From NCBI GenBank assembly GCA_963736005.1, contig CAVTNB010000002.1:161364-225363 (forward strand): a stretch of 64,000 nt of DNA. Reading direction: 5' to 3'. Made by a program: the position numbers and the translations under genes. Shown in pieces: positions 33,626-42,992 of this stretch. The stretch comes from an uncultured Pseudomonadota bacterium. Its GTDB lineage: Bacteria; Vulcanimicrobiota; Vulcanimicrobiia; Eremiobacterales; Eremiobacteraceae. The notes under the pieces were generated by a model. That model saw only the letters and a list, made by a program, of their open reading frames with translations. It did not search any database and was not told the DNA's origin. The stretch's first letter is position 1; each line of letters opens with the position of its first letter.

Positions 33626-35533
33626 TTACTCGGCCAACAGTAGAGCTCCCATAGCAGGCACGGACGTAACACCCGGCGTGAAGCCTGTCGCACTCACCGT
33701 CGTTGTGCCGCCCCTTAAAATGTCGCCCCCCGAGACGGAGATGACGTGATGGTAACTTTGCGATAGCCATGCCGTCTGCACCACTACGGCACTGCCAGTT
33801 GAGTTGACGATCGCAGCGCAACGGCCGAAAGGCACGCTGGCTTGATAGCAGGTTGTAAATTCCCTCCGCCACACGCCGGAGGTAACTTGCAAATCGTTTG
33901 CCCCAGAAACCATGCTCTGCACGGGGCTCGAGGGATAGAGCAGATCCTCGGGCCACGCGGCCAAGTTTGTGGTCGCGTCTTCAAGGTCCGGCCATGCTAT
34001 AGTGTGCCCCTCGCTGTAGCCCAGCCAAACCAACCCGGTCGTGACAAGGCGTTCAAAGATTTGGGTGCTGCTGCCGCTTGGAGCTGAATCTGTTGAATGG
34101 AGGATGAAGGCAGCCGACGTGGCATTGATCGCGTTCATGGTGTTGAGAATGCTCGAGTAGTTAGAGCTTAGAACTCTACCGTTCGAAATCGCACAGCCTT
34201 CACAGACACCCCCCATAAATCGGTTGGTTGCGTTCAATAACTGGATGCTAACGCTGATCTGTTGCCCATCGAAGTTAAGGCTGTTAAAGGCAAACTCCCA
34301 GGGTTGCCCGTTTCGATGATTGATTGCATTGACAAAACTCACATGGCCAGCGCGAACCGCCGCATCATCCGCCATCTCTTGCGTGGACGTGCACAGCGAA
34401 GGCCATGGCAAGCAACCCCCACCACTTCGATAGTAGTATTGATCGATTACTCTCGATTGGGTATCGTCCATGAACCCTACATCGTATCCATCTGCGTTAT
34501 TTTGCAGTTCATTACTCCACCAAGCTTGGACACTCGGCGATCCATCGTTGGTGGTCCATATCGGGACTGAAACGGTGTTCCCGTTGCAGCTCCGACTTGT
34601 AACTCCGCTGACCCGATGAGCAGCATCGGTGTAGCCTTGCTGGTGAATAAACCAATTCTCTGACGCGGCGGCAATGACCGATGAGTCAGGAACCTCCGGG
34701 CAAGAGACGTTGTTGTACACGTCGCTTGGGTCAAGATAGTAAACAGATTTGCATGTCCCGGGATACGCCTTACAGTCATCCAACGCTTTTGAGTTATTCA
34801 GACCTGACTCCGCATAGCTGACGTACTTTGAAACTGACGCAGCACTCGCTGAGCTGCCTTCGGCAAAGTAGAAATCATTTGCCCACGTCGCTATGTGATA
34901 TGGGCCGGGATCAGAACTGGTTCCTATAGTTACCTTCGTAGCGGTCAGCTGACCGCTCTTAGTTAATTTCCCGATGACGCTCACGGTCTGACCGACATTG
35001 ACTACTTGATTACTCGGGACCACCATTGACTGCGAGTAGGTCACAGGTACCGAGCCGTGCGGGGCTCCGGTTTGAAATACGAATTCAGTTGACGACTTTA
35101 TGGCCGTGACAGTCCCTGAAATCGTAACGGTACCCGTAGTGGAATTGATCGTCACACTCGTCGCCGTAAGGTCACCCGATTGACTGAATTGACCTATAAC
35201 GGTAACGTTTTGGCCAACAGTCAGCGTACTGCCACTTGGAACCACCATTGATTGCGCGTAGGTCACGGGAACCAAGCCGTGGGGGGCACCAGTTTGGAAA
35301 ACGAACTCGGTACTGGACCTAATGGAGGTAATGGATCCGATCACAGAAGCACTTTGAGCCTGACTTAGCATACTGTTCTGTGACGCGCCTTGCGGGTTGT
35401 CTGGCACAGTTCCCAACCCTCGAGAACCGCATCCAATCAAGAGGACGGCGAGGACGACGCAGGACGTCCGAACGGCCTGGCTCAGGTAAGATGAACGAAG
35501 GGCATTGTGAATTCGCTCTATTGACGTCAGCAT
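33626..35533 (-). CDS. Lipoprotein G: two DUF5666-like domains plus W domain
   Basis: Lipobox LLIG-C; two copies of SSTEFVFQTGAPHG.VPVTY.QSMVVPS...VGQ.V.VIG; W motifs. Confidence 0.88.
   Translation of the reverse strand: MLTSIERIHNALRSSYLSQAVRTSCVVLAVLLIGCGSRGLGTVPDNPQGASQNSMLSQAQSASVIGSITSIRSSTEFVFQTGAPHGLVPVTYAQSMVVPSGSTLTVGQNVTVIGQFSQSGDLTATSVTINSTTGTVTISGTVTAIKSSTEFVFQTGAPHGSVPVTYSQSMVVPSNQVVNVGQTVSVIGKLTKSGQLTATKVTIGTSSDPGPYHIATWANDFYFAEGSSASAASVSKYVSYAESGLNNSKALDDCKAYPGTCKSVYYLDPSDVYNNVSCPEVPDSSVIAAASENWFIHQQGYTDAAHRVSGVTSRSCNGNTVSVPIWTTNDGSPSVQAWWSNELQNNADGYDVGFMDDTQSRVIDQYYYRSGGGCLPWPSLCTSTQEMADDAAVRAGHVSFVNAINHRNGQPWEFAFNSLNFDGQQISVSIQLLNATNRFMGGVCEGCAISNGRVLSSNYSSILNTMNAINATSAAFILHSTDSAPSGSSTQIFERLVTTGLVWLGYSEGHTIAWPDLEDATTNLAAWPEDLLYPSSPVQSMVSGANDLQVTSGVWRREFTTCYQASVPFGRCAAIVNSTGSAVVVQTAWLSQSYHHVISVSGGDILRGGTTTVSATGFTPGVTSVPAMGALLLAE
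33786..34909. repeat. 1124-bp direct duplication, copy 1 (copy 2 at 35888..37011)
   Basis: Near-identical at offset 2102; about five substitutions seen by eye. Confidence 0.97.
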
Positions 35534-35616
35534 CTCTCGTAACCTACGGACATGAGGATTCTCAAGCGGCCGCTTCTAGTCAATGCGCGGCTGTACGCTT
35601 GCGATCGCTCAGTCAG

Positions 35617-35659
35617 ACCTTACCAGGTACGTCTCTCATGGTCTATGCTGCAAGTCATA
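35617..35659 (-). promoter_or_regulatory. CRP/FNR-like box with TAnnnT -10 element upstream of gene G
   Basis: TATGC-TGCAAG-TCATA at 35644-35659; TAAGGT on minus begins 29.5 nt from the box centre. Confidence 0.35.
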
Positions 35660-35727
35660 CGAATTCGGTACAGAATCGGTGGACACTCAGTGCGTGCTTC
35701 GAGCGACCACTTTGGAAGTGTCGACGA

Positions 35728-37335
35728 TCATTGGGCCAGCAGTGAGGCACCGCGTGCTGGAACCGTCGAAACTCCTGGTCTGAATGACCCTCCAGCGACA
35801 TTTGCAGTGCCCCCTGAAGGCTTGTCGCCTCCCACGAGCACTACAATGTGCCCATAGGATTGGGAGAACCAGCTTTGTCGCAAAACCACGGCACTGCCAG
35901 TTGAGTTGACGATCGCAGCGCAACGGCCGAAAGGCACGCTGGCTTGATAGCAGGTTGTAAATTCCCTCCGCCACACGCCGGAGGTAACTTGCAAATCGTT
36001 TGCCCCAGAAACCATGCTCTGCACGGGGCTCGAGGGATAGAGCAGATCCTCGGGCCACGCGGCCAAGTTTGTGGTCGCGTCTTCAAGGTCCGGCCATGCT
36101 ATAGTGTGCCCCTCGCTGTAGCCCAGCCAAACCAACCCGGTCGTGACAAGGCGTTCAAAGATTTGGGTGCTGCTGCCGCTTGGAGCTGAATCTGTTGAAT
36201 GGAGGATGAAGGCAGCCGACGTGGCATTGATCGCGTTCATGGTGTTGAGAATGCTCGAGTAGTTAGAGCTTAGAACTCTACCGTTCGAAATCGCACAGCC
36301 TTCACAGACACCCCCCATAAATCGGTTGGTTGCGTTCAATAACTGGATGCTAACGCTGATCTGTTGCCCATCGAAGTTAAGGCTGTTAAAGGCAAACTCC
36401 CAGGGTTGCCCGTTTCGATGATTGATTGCATTGACAAAACTCACATGGCCAGCGCGAACCGCCGCATCATCCGCCATCTCTTGCGTGGACGTGCACAGCG
36501 AAGGCCATGGCAAGCAACCCCCACCACTTCGATAGTAGTATTGATCGATTACTCTCGATTGGGTATCGTCCATGAACCCTACATCGTATCCATCTGCGTT
36601 ATTTTGCAGTTCATTACTCCACCAAGCTTGGACACTCGGCGATCCATCGTTGGTGGTCCATATCGGGACTGAAACGGTGTTCCCGTTGCAGCTCCGACTT
36701 GTAACTCCGTTGACCCGATGAGCAGCATCGGTGTAGCCTTGCTGGTGAATAAACCAATTCTCTGACGCGGCGGCAATGACCGACGAGTCAGGAGACTCCG
36801 GGCAAGAGACGTTGTTGTACACATCGCTTGGGTCAAGATAGTAAACAGATTTGCATGTCCCGGGATACGCCTTACAGTCATCCAACGCTTTTGAGTTATT
36901 CAGACCTGACTCCGCATAGCTGACGTACTTTGAAACTGACGCAGCACTCGCTGAGCTGCCTTCGGCAAAGTAGAAATCATTTGCCCACGTCGCTATGTGA
37001 TATGGGCCGGGGGCTTGCGACGTCGGTGTTGGAGTAGGAGATGGCGACGGCTGGGTCGTTCGCGTTGGGGACGGTGACGGATGAGGTGTACGGGTCGGCG
37101 ACGGCGACGGATGCGGCGAGCTTCGTGTACCTGAAGGAACTGGCGTCGGGCTCGACGATCCCTCACCAGTCGGATCAGGCGTCGGCGACTGGGTTGGGAC
37201 GGAGTGGCTCGCAATGATGGGATTCGCGGGTGCTATGGCCCCACCCCCGCCGCAGCCAGACAGCGTGATGCCGGCGATCCATACGGATGCCGCAATGCCT
37301 ATTGGTATCTGAACCTTGTAACGAGCCAAACGCAA
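35728..37335 (-). CDS. Lipoprotein H: Pro/Ser/Thr linker plus W domain
   Basis: Lipobox TLSG-C; W domain almost identical to that of G except for the last ~50 aa. Confidence 0.88.
   Translation of the reverse strand: MRLARYKVQIPIGIAASVWIAGITLSGCGGGGAIAPANPIIASHSVPTQSPTPDPTGEGSSSPTPVPSGTRSSPHPSPSPTRTPHPSPSPTRTTQPSPSPTPTPTSQAPGPYHIATWANDFYFAEGSSASAASVSKYVSYAESGLNNSKALDDCKAYPGTCKSVYYLDPSDVYNNVSCPESPDSSVIAAASENWFIHQQGYTDAAHRVNGVTSRSCNGNTVSVPIWTTNDGSPSVQAWWSNELQNNADGYDVGFMDDTQSRVIDQYYYRSGGGCLPWPSLCTSTQEMADDAAVRAGHVSFVNAINHRNGQPWEFAFNSLNFDGQQISVSIQLLNATNRFMGGVCEGCAISNGRVLSSNYSSILNTMNAINATSAAFILHSTDSAPSGSSTQIFERLVTTGLVWLGYSEGHTIAWPDLEDATTNLAAWPEDLLYPSSPVQSMVSGANDLQVTSGVWRREFTTCYQASVPFGRCAAIVNSTGSAVVLRQSWFSQSYGHIVVLVGGDKPSGGTANVAGGSFRPGVSTVPARGASLLAQ
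35888..37011. repeat. 1124-bp direct duplication, copy 2
   Basis: See 33786..34909. Confidence 0.97.
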
Positions 37336-37379
37336 ATTCTCCAGCAGCTTGGAAAATACGCAAGCGCGATGGTTCAGTT

Positions 37380-37422
37380 ATCATATTTGTTTGCAGACGT
37401 TTGTACTGTGAGGCCGCGCATA
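37380..37422 (-). promoter_or_regulatory. Putative CRP/FNR-family class II promoter for gene H
   Basis: Minus strand TATGC-GCGGCC-TCACA (37422-37407), then CAAACAAATATGAT (37393-37380); box centre 29.5 nt from TATGAT. Confidence 0.55.
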
Positions 37423-37531
37423 TGACATGGCAATGCACATCACAAAGAGCCCTTGACGGCAGGGACCAAGCCCGAACAGTGTCCTAAATCACGCAGCCCC
37501 GCGGTTCACGTAGAACGTTACGTGGGTGGAG

Positions 37532-38722
37532 TCAACGTGAAGCTCTGGCGACGGTTCCTATCGTCTTGGACTGAGCACAGCTTATGGCATTCTTCAACTC
37601 TGCCACCACGTCTTCGAGCTCACTCTTCGTCATGCCCGGATACAGCGGTAGCGAAAAAATGCCTTTCCAGATTCGCTCAGTAGCAACCAGGTCGGTCTTC
37701 TTCATCTCTCGGTATGCCGAGAACATATGCGTGGGGATGAAATGAACGCTCGTCCCGATGTTCGCGGCTCTTAATTCTTCGAGGAGCTGATCGCGAGAAA
37801 TGCAGGCTGCGGTTTCGTCGACGGTAACAGCAAAAACACACCAGCTATGTCGATCGGGCGTGGGAGCGAAGTTCGCAACGCACGTGATACCAGGAATTGG
37901 CTTTAGCTTCTCAATGTAAAGATCAGCCAGAGAATCTCGCTCTGCCTGCAATGCTGATAGCTTTCGCAGTTGCGAGAGCCCAAGCGCAGCAGTCATGTCC
38001 GGCAGATTACACTTATAGCCAACCTCAATAACGTCGTAGACCCAAGTGCCACCTTTCATGTAGCGCTTCCAGGCATCGCGATCCATCCCGTGCAGGGAAA
38101 GAATGCGCACCTTTTCAGCCAGACTGTCGTCATTCGTCAGCAACATACCACCTTCGGCCGACGTAATGTTCTTCGTCGCGTAGAAACTGTACGCGGCAGC
38201 GTTGGAATAGAAGCCTGGCCATCGCCCACCATCAATCGTGCCTGTTGCGTGTGCAGCGTCTTCGAGCACGGCAATGCCAAGGGCTTTGGCAAAGACAGAA
38301 ATCTCTCGAACTCCTCCTGGCTGCCCACCATAATGCATGGGGATGATTACTTTGGTACGCGGACCTATCGCAGGCTTGATTGTTTCAGGTGTGATGCAAA
38401 GCGTTCGGTCGTCAACATCGCAAAATACGGGGTCGGCGCCTAACCCCCGAACGCACTCTGCTCCCGCAACGAATGTAAGCGCCGGCATTATGACTTCGTC
38501 GCCGGGCCCGACACCGAGAGCGATCAACCCAAGCTGGAGGGCTGCGGTGCAGCTATTGAGAGCAATTGCGTGACGTATTCCTGAGATCGATGCGAACTCG
38601 GCCTCAAATTCTCTAACTTTTGGCCCCGTTGTAAGCCACCCTCGTTGCATGGCCTCAGTAACGGAACTTATATCATCTTGGTCGATGTACGGCTTGTAAT
38701 AAGGGAGATATTCTTTACGCAT
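37532..38722 (-). CDS. DegT/DnrJ/EryC1/StrS PLP-dependent sugar aminotransferase
   Basis: GWLTTGPKV..FE, NSCTAAL, GPGDEVI, EDAAHA, SFYATKNITSAEGG, SLPLYP; likely ATG at 38722. Confidence 0.95.
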   Translation of the reverse strand: MRKEYLPYYKPYIDQDDISSVTEAMQRGWLTTGPKVREFEAEFASISGIRHAIALNSCTAALQLGLIALGVGPGDEVIMPALTFVAGAECVRGLGADPVFCDVDDRTLCITPETIKPAIGPRTKVIIPMHYGGQPGGVREISVFAKALGIAVLEDAAHATGTIDGGRWPGFYSNAAAYSFYATKNITSAEGGMLLTNDDSLAEKVRILSLHGMDRDAWKRYMKGGTWVYDVIEVGYKCNLPDMTAALGLSQLRKLSALQAERDSLADLYIEKLKPIPGITCVANFAPTPDRHSWCVFAVTVDETAACISRDQLLEELRAANIGTSVHFIPTHMFSAYREMKKTDLVATERIWKGIFSLPLYPGMTKSELEDVVAELKNAISCAQSKTIGTVARASR

Positions 38723-40199
38723 GCTCAGGCACTTTCTGTGGAGCGTTCGATCCAAAGGTGTCATCCACGCTAACCGAAATTGGGACTGGGGAAACCGAGG
38801 TGTCCAAACGCGTCCTTCCTAATGCAAGCGATCGGGCGGCCGCCACAAGGGTAAAGCCTAGCCATACATATTTGTCCTCAAAGTTTGACAGAAACTGTGA
38901 AGCGACAAAGAGTCCAACCATGGCGCTTTCCAGTGTTATTCGAAGATCGTGCAGCGGATCGGACGTTTGTATGAACTTCAGAGCCCGGAATTGCAGGTAC
39001 CACCCCAGCATCCCCAAGGTCAAACCTGCAATCCCAAGCTCAACGGCCAGCGTCAGCGGCATGTTGTGAGCGACCCGATGCCATTGAGCGTAGTAGCGTT
39101 CATAGGTTGAGATGAAACTCTGATCGTATGCAAAGGGAAAATTTCCAACGCCGGCGCCGATGAGCCAATGGTGCTTAAGCGCCTGCAAACCGACTTCCCA
39201 GATCGATAACCTGCCAGCACCACCAGTCTTGAGCGCGTCGCCGAATCTGGCAAACGGGTTTTTCGTCAGAGAGAGTACCGCAACAAGACCCACAATGGAA
39301 AAGAAGATAACCTGCGCTCTGTAGCGACTTTTCCAAATGAGGTACATCATCAAAGTTCCGAGAGCTACCATCGCCCCCCGAGATGCGGTCACGTACACGC
39401 CTCCGAGGAGGGCTAAGAGTAGTCCAATCAGTGCAAGCTTGGTCCAGGACCAGCGACGCTGTAAGATAGGCATGAGAACCAACGCGATGGGGAATAGGAG
39501 AGCGGCCGCAAAAGCGTTTGGATCTATTTTGGCCTCTCCGGCCCGGACTATTACCCGCGCGGCCATTTGCTGGTCTATCTCCGCCTTCTGAACGTCAACA
39601 CCTGAATGAAAGAGATGAACGGCGTACACTGAGGAAACCAATCCTCCGAGCACGACAGCTCCCAGGAGGATCCTGAACTCCTTGGTTGTGATGGGAGTGA
39701 CTGCGACAACGACATAGAGTAAGATGAGTTCGGCATACGTCACAAGTTTCGCCACCGCTGTATCGGAATCAATTGACCAGAAAACACTTAGAGACATCCA
39801 AACGAGCAGTGCTAGCCATACAAACATGGCTCTATCGGGGCTGACAATGCGACGGTTACGGACAAGCGAAAACAGAAGGGCGACTCCCGCGCAAATCGCG
39901 ACGAGTTTTGTCACGGTACCGTAGTGAGGATCAATCGACAGGAGGTTGTCAAACGGGACCAACAGGACGTACAAGCTAAACGGGAAAATGAACGGCCGTG
40001 TCAGAGCCAAATACAGCATAATAGGCACAGTGGCGACGACAACTGCCACTGCAATTTCCTTCTTGCTGCCCGCCATGGCGCCGTTGAGCAATAGATAGCC
40101 GACAGCGAAGACCACTGCCGCCACGACGATCGCGATAAGGAATCCCGCAAGCAGGCGCAAGATTCTCCCCGATGGTTTCCCCTGAGCTAGAGGACGCAT
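38715..40199 (-). CDS. O-antigen ligase/Wzy_C-family membrane protein (probable polymerase)
   Basis: About 12 TM segments; DPNAFA, TASRGA, GRL.IW, IGAGVGNF, AHN...LAVELGIAG. Confidence 0.85.
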   Translation of the reverse strand: MRPLAQGKPSGRILRLLAGFLIAIVVAAVVFAVGYLLLNGAMAGSKKEIAVAVVVATVPIMLYLALTRPFIFPFSLYVLLVPFDNLLSIDPHYGTVTKLVAICAGVALLFSLVRNRRIVSPDRAMFVWLALLVWMSLSVFWSIDSDTAVAKLVTYAELILLYVVVAVTPITTKEFRILLGAVVLGGLVSSVYAVHLFHSGVDVQKAEIDQQMAARVIVRAGEAKIDPNAFAAALLFPIALVLMPILQRRWSWTKLALIGLLLALLGGVYVTASRGAMVALGTLMMYLIWKSRYRAQVIFFSIVGLVAVLSLTKNPFARFGDALKTGGAGRLSIWEVGLQALKHHWLIGAGVGNFPFAYDQSFISTYERYYAQWHRVAHNMPLTLAVELGIAGLTLGMLGWYLQFRALKFIQTSDPLHDLRITLESAMVGLFVASQFLSNFEDKYVWLGFTLVAAARSLALGRTRLDTSVSPVPISVSVDDTFGSNAPQKVPEHA

Positions 40200-41282
40200 T
40201 ACGCGATAGCCTCATGGAGACGCCGATCTCTGAGAAGAATTTTGGCGATGTGCTCTGCCGCTTTGCCATCACCATATAGTTGCTTTGGCGCTGTCGTTGG
40301 CTTTGGGCGGATGGCATATCGGCGTATGAGTTCAGGATCGGAACCCGCAAGCAAATTCCAGCCGTGTTCCAGGGTTTCAACCCATTCTGTTTCACGCCGT
40401 AAGGTTACACAAGGAACTCTCAAAGCAAGGGCTTCTTTCTGCATCCCGCCAGAGTCGGTCAAAATCACACGCGCATGCGCTTGAAGAGCGATCATGTCGC
40501 AATACGCGAGTGGCTCACAGGCTTTAATATTTTCATTTGTTGATATCTTTTCGGCTTGGATCAGCGGCAGCGTTCGTGGATGAACGGGGAAGATAATTGG
40601 GAAATCGAGTCTCCGTAGCCCCTCAAGGATCGCCTTAAAAGCTTCCCGATCATCGGTATTTGCAGCGCGATGAACGGTGGCGACTCCGTAAGCGCCCGAG
40701 GCAAGGCCGAAGCGCTCAAGCACGCTAGGCCTGTGGGGAAGGCCCTGAACTGTCGAGTTGACAAGATCAACCATCAGATCCCCGACGAGATGAACGTCTG
40801 AGGTGATTCCTTCGCGTGCGAGGTTATCAACCGCCGTCTTGGTTGGGGCAAAATGGTGGGTCGCAACGTGGTCGGCGACGATTCTGTTGATCTCTTCAGG
40901 CATTTGACGGTTATAGGATCGCAAGCCCGCTTCAACATGTCCAACAGGAATCTGCATCTTCGCTGCGACCAGCGCACCTGCAAGAGTGGTATTCGTGTCG
41001 CCGTAAACGAGCAACCAGTCTGGCCGCTGAGATTCCACAACTGGCTCGAGCCGAGCGATCATATTGGCGGTTTGAACGGCATGGGATCCAGAGCCAACTT
41101 CCAGATAATTGTCCGGATCCCGTAAGCTTCAGTCCATCAAAGAAAATCTTTGACATGTTGTAGTCGTAGTGCTGGCCGCTGTGAACGAGGTATTCCTCGC
41201 AATCGCGGCGAGCCAGCTCTGCGCTGAGGACCGACGCCTTGATGAACTGCGGTCTGGCGCCGACAACAGTCAGAATCTTCAT
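40199..41282 (-). CDS. wbpI: UDP-GlcNAc(3NAc)A 2-epimerase, non-hydrolysing (WbpI/WecB); frameshifted near 41070-41120
   Basis: [57 protein letters not shown]. Confidence 0.88.
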
Positions 41283-42398
41283 ACAGCCGACTCAACCCTG
41301 ACCGCAGCTTGACGGCGGCGATGACGCCGTTCTTGCGCTGCCGGCGTTAATTCAGGGTACATTGGAAGCGATAAGACTTCACGCGCGGCCCTTTCCGAAT
41401 GTGGGAAGCGTTTCGTGCTACTGCATGCTTGTATGTACGGGTTGCAGATGGAGGGGCACCGGATAGTAGACCATCGTCTGCACGCCCGCAGCGGCAAGCT
41501 TTTGACGCACAGCATCTCGCTCGGCAACCCGGATGGTGTACTGATGATACACGTGTGAGCAATCCTTAGGCTTCAATCGGTGTGATGTATGCCATCATTG
41601 CCCGCAAAAGCCGCAGTGTAGCGGGCGGCTATCTCACGCCGCGCTGCGATCCAGGCATCCAAGTGCGGCAATTTGACCCGCAAGATAGCGGCCTGTAGTT
41701 CGTCGAGTCTGCTATTAATGCCAAGTTCTTCATGATAGTACTTCTTCAGGCCGCCGTGAACGCGCAGCGCCTTAATCCGATCTGCGAGCTGCTCGTCATT
41801 CGGTCGTGATCAGCCCGCCGTCTCCGTACGCACCCAAGTTCTTGCTCGGGAAAAAACTAAAACATCCGACTTCGCCTAACGTCCCGACCATTTGGCCGCG
41901 TATTGTTGCGCCAATGGCCTGCGCACAATCCTCGACCACTGCTAAGCCTCCGCCGGTCAGCTATGCGCTGTATAGCCTCCATGTCTGCGGGCAGCTCCAT
42001 AGAGGTGGATGGGCAGAATCGCTCTTGTCCGCGGTGTAATCGCTGCTTCGATAAGCCGGGGATTGATATTAAATGTCGCCGGATCGATGTCCACGAAGAC
42101 GGGCGTCGCGCCGACAATCCCAATAGCTTCGGTGGTTGCCGCAAACGTGAACGGGCTCGTGATGACCTCATCTCCAGGACCAATGCTCAAGGCTCGTAGA
42201 GCCAAATGAAGCGCATCGGTCCCAGAATTCAGAGAAATCGCATGACGCACGCCCAGATAGCGCGCAATCTCTTGCTCAAATGCTTCGACGTTTGGCCCCA
42301 TGATAAAAATGCCGCTCTCGAGCACGCTTGCAATCGCGCGCATCCATCTCGGGCTTGAGAGAGTGGTATTGAGCCTTGAGGTCGAGTATTGGAATCAT
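41279..42398 (-). CDS. wbpE: DegT-family aminotransferase (WbpE-like); multiple frameshifts
   Basis: Fragments across frames: [66 protein letters not shown]. Confidence 0.82.
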
Positions 42399-42992
42399 CG
42401 CGACTGCGGCCTTGCTGATCGAATCGCCCGTCCTCGTCCAGGCCTCGCCACATAGCTTGCAAGTGGCGGACTCTGACGCAAACGGGAGCATCCCTCCGCA
42501 CTCGCAGGCAAAGCCCATCTGGCGCGCGGGGTTGCCGTACACAACGATATGCGCTGGAACATCTCTTGTGACGACGGCGCCCGCACCCACAAAAGCGAAT
42601 TCCCCAATTGTGTGCCCGCAAACAACGGTCGCGTTGGCTCCGATGCTCGCGCCCCGCTTCACAAGAGTGACCAAATAGTCTTTAGGCTTATTACGGGGTA
42701 CGGCGGAGCGAGGCGTGTTGACGTTTGTAAACACCATGCTCGGGCCGCAGAAAACATCGTCCTCGAGAACAACCCCTTCATAAACGGAGACATTGTTTTG
42801 GATCTTGACATTGTTGCCGATTCGCACGTGCGAGGCGATAAAGACGTTCTGTCCGATGGTGCAGCCCGTTCCTATCGAGGCGTGAGCCATCACGTGGCTG
42901 AAATGCCAAATCTTGGTCCCCGCACCGATTTCGCACGGCTCGTCGATGCACGCTGTACGATGGGCGAAGTAGGGTAACGTTTCCGTCTTCAT
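42395..42992 (-). CDS. wbpD: Hexapeptide-repeat N-acetyltransferase (WbpD-like)
   Basis: IGAGTKIWHFSHV, VKIQNNVSVY.GV.LEDDVFCGPSMVFTNV..PRS, GASIGANAT, C-terminal CECG...CKLC. Confidence 0.9.

Noticed and set aside
33786..37011. Duplications as IS or composite transposon ends
   Set aside because: The repeats are coding domain sequence with no transposase, terminal inverted repeats or target-site duplications
42276..42992. Apparent WbpD-WbpE fusion (...[16 protein letters not shown])
   Set aside because: An ATGA overlap exists at 42395-42398, like others in the operon, and the region is indel-rich; probably an artefact, though reads are needed to settle it
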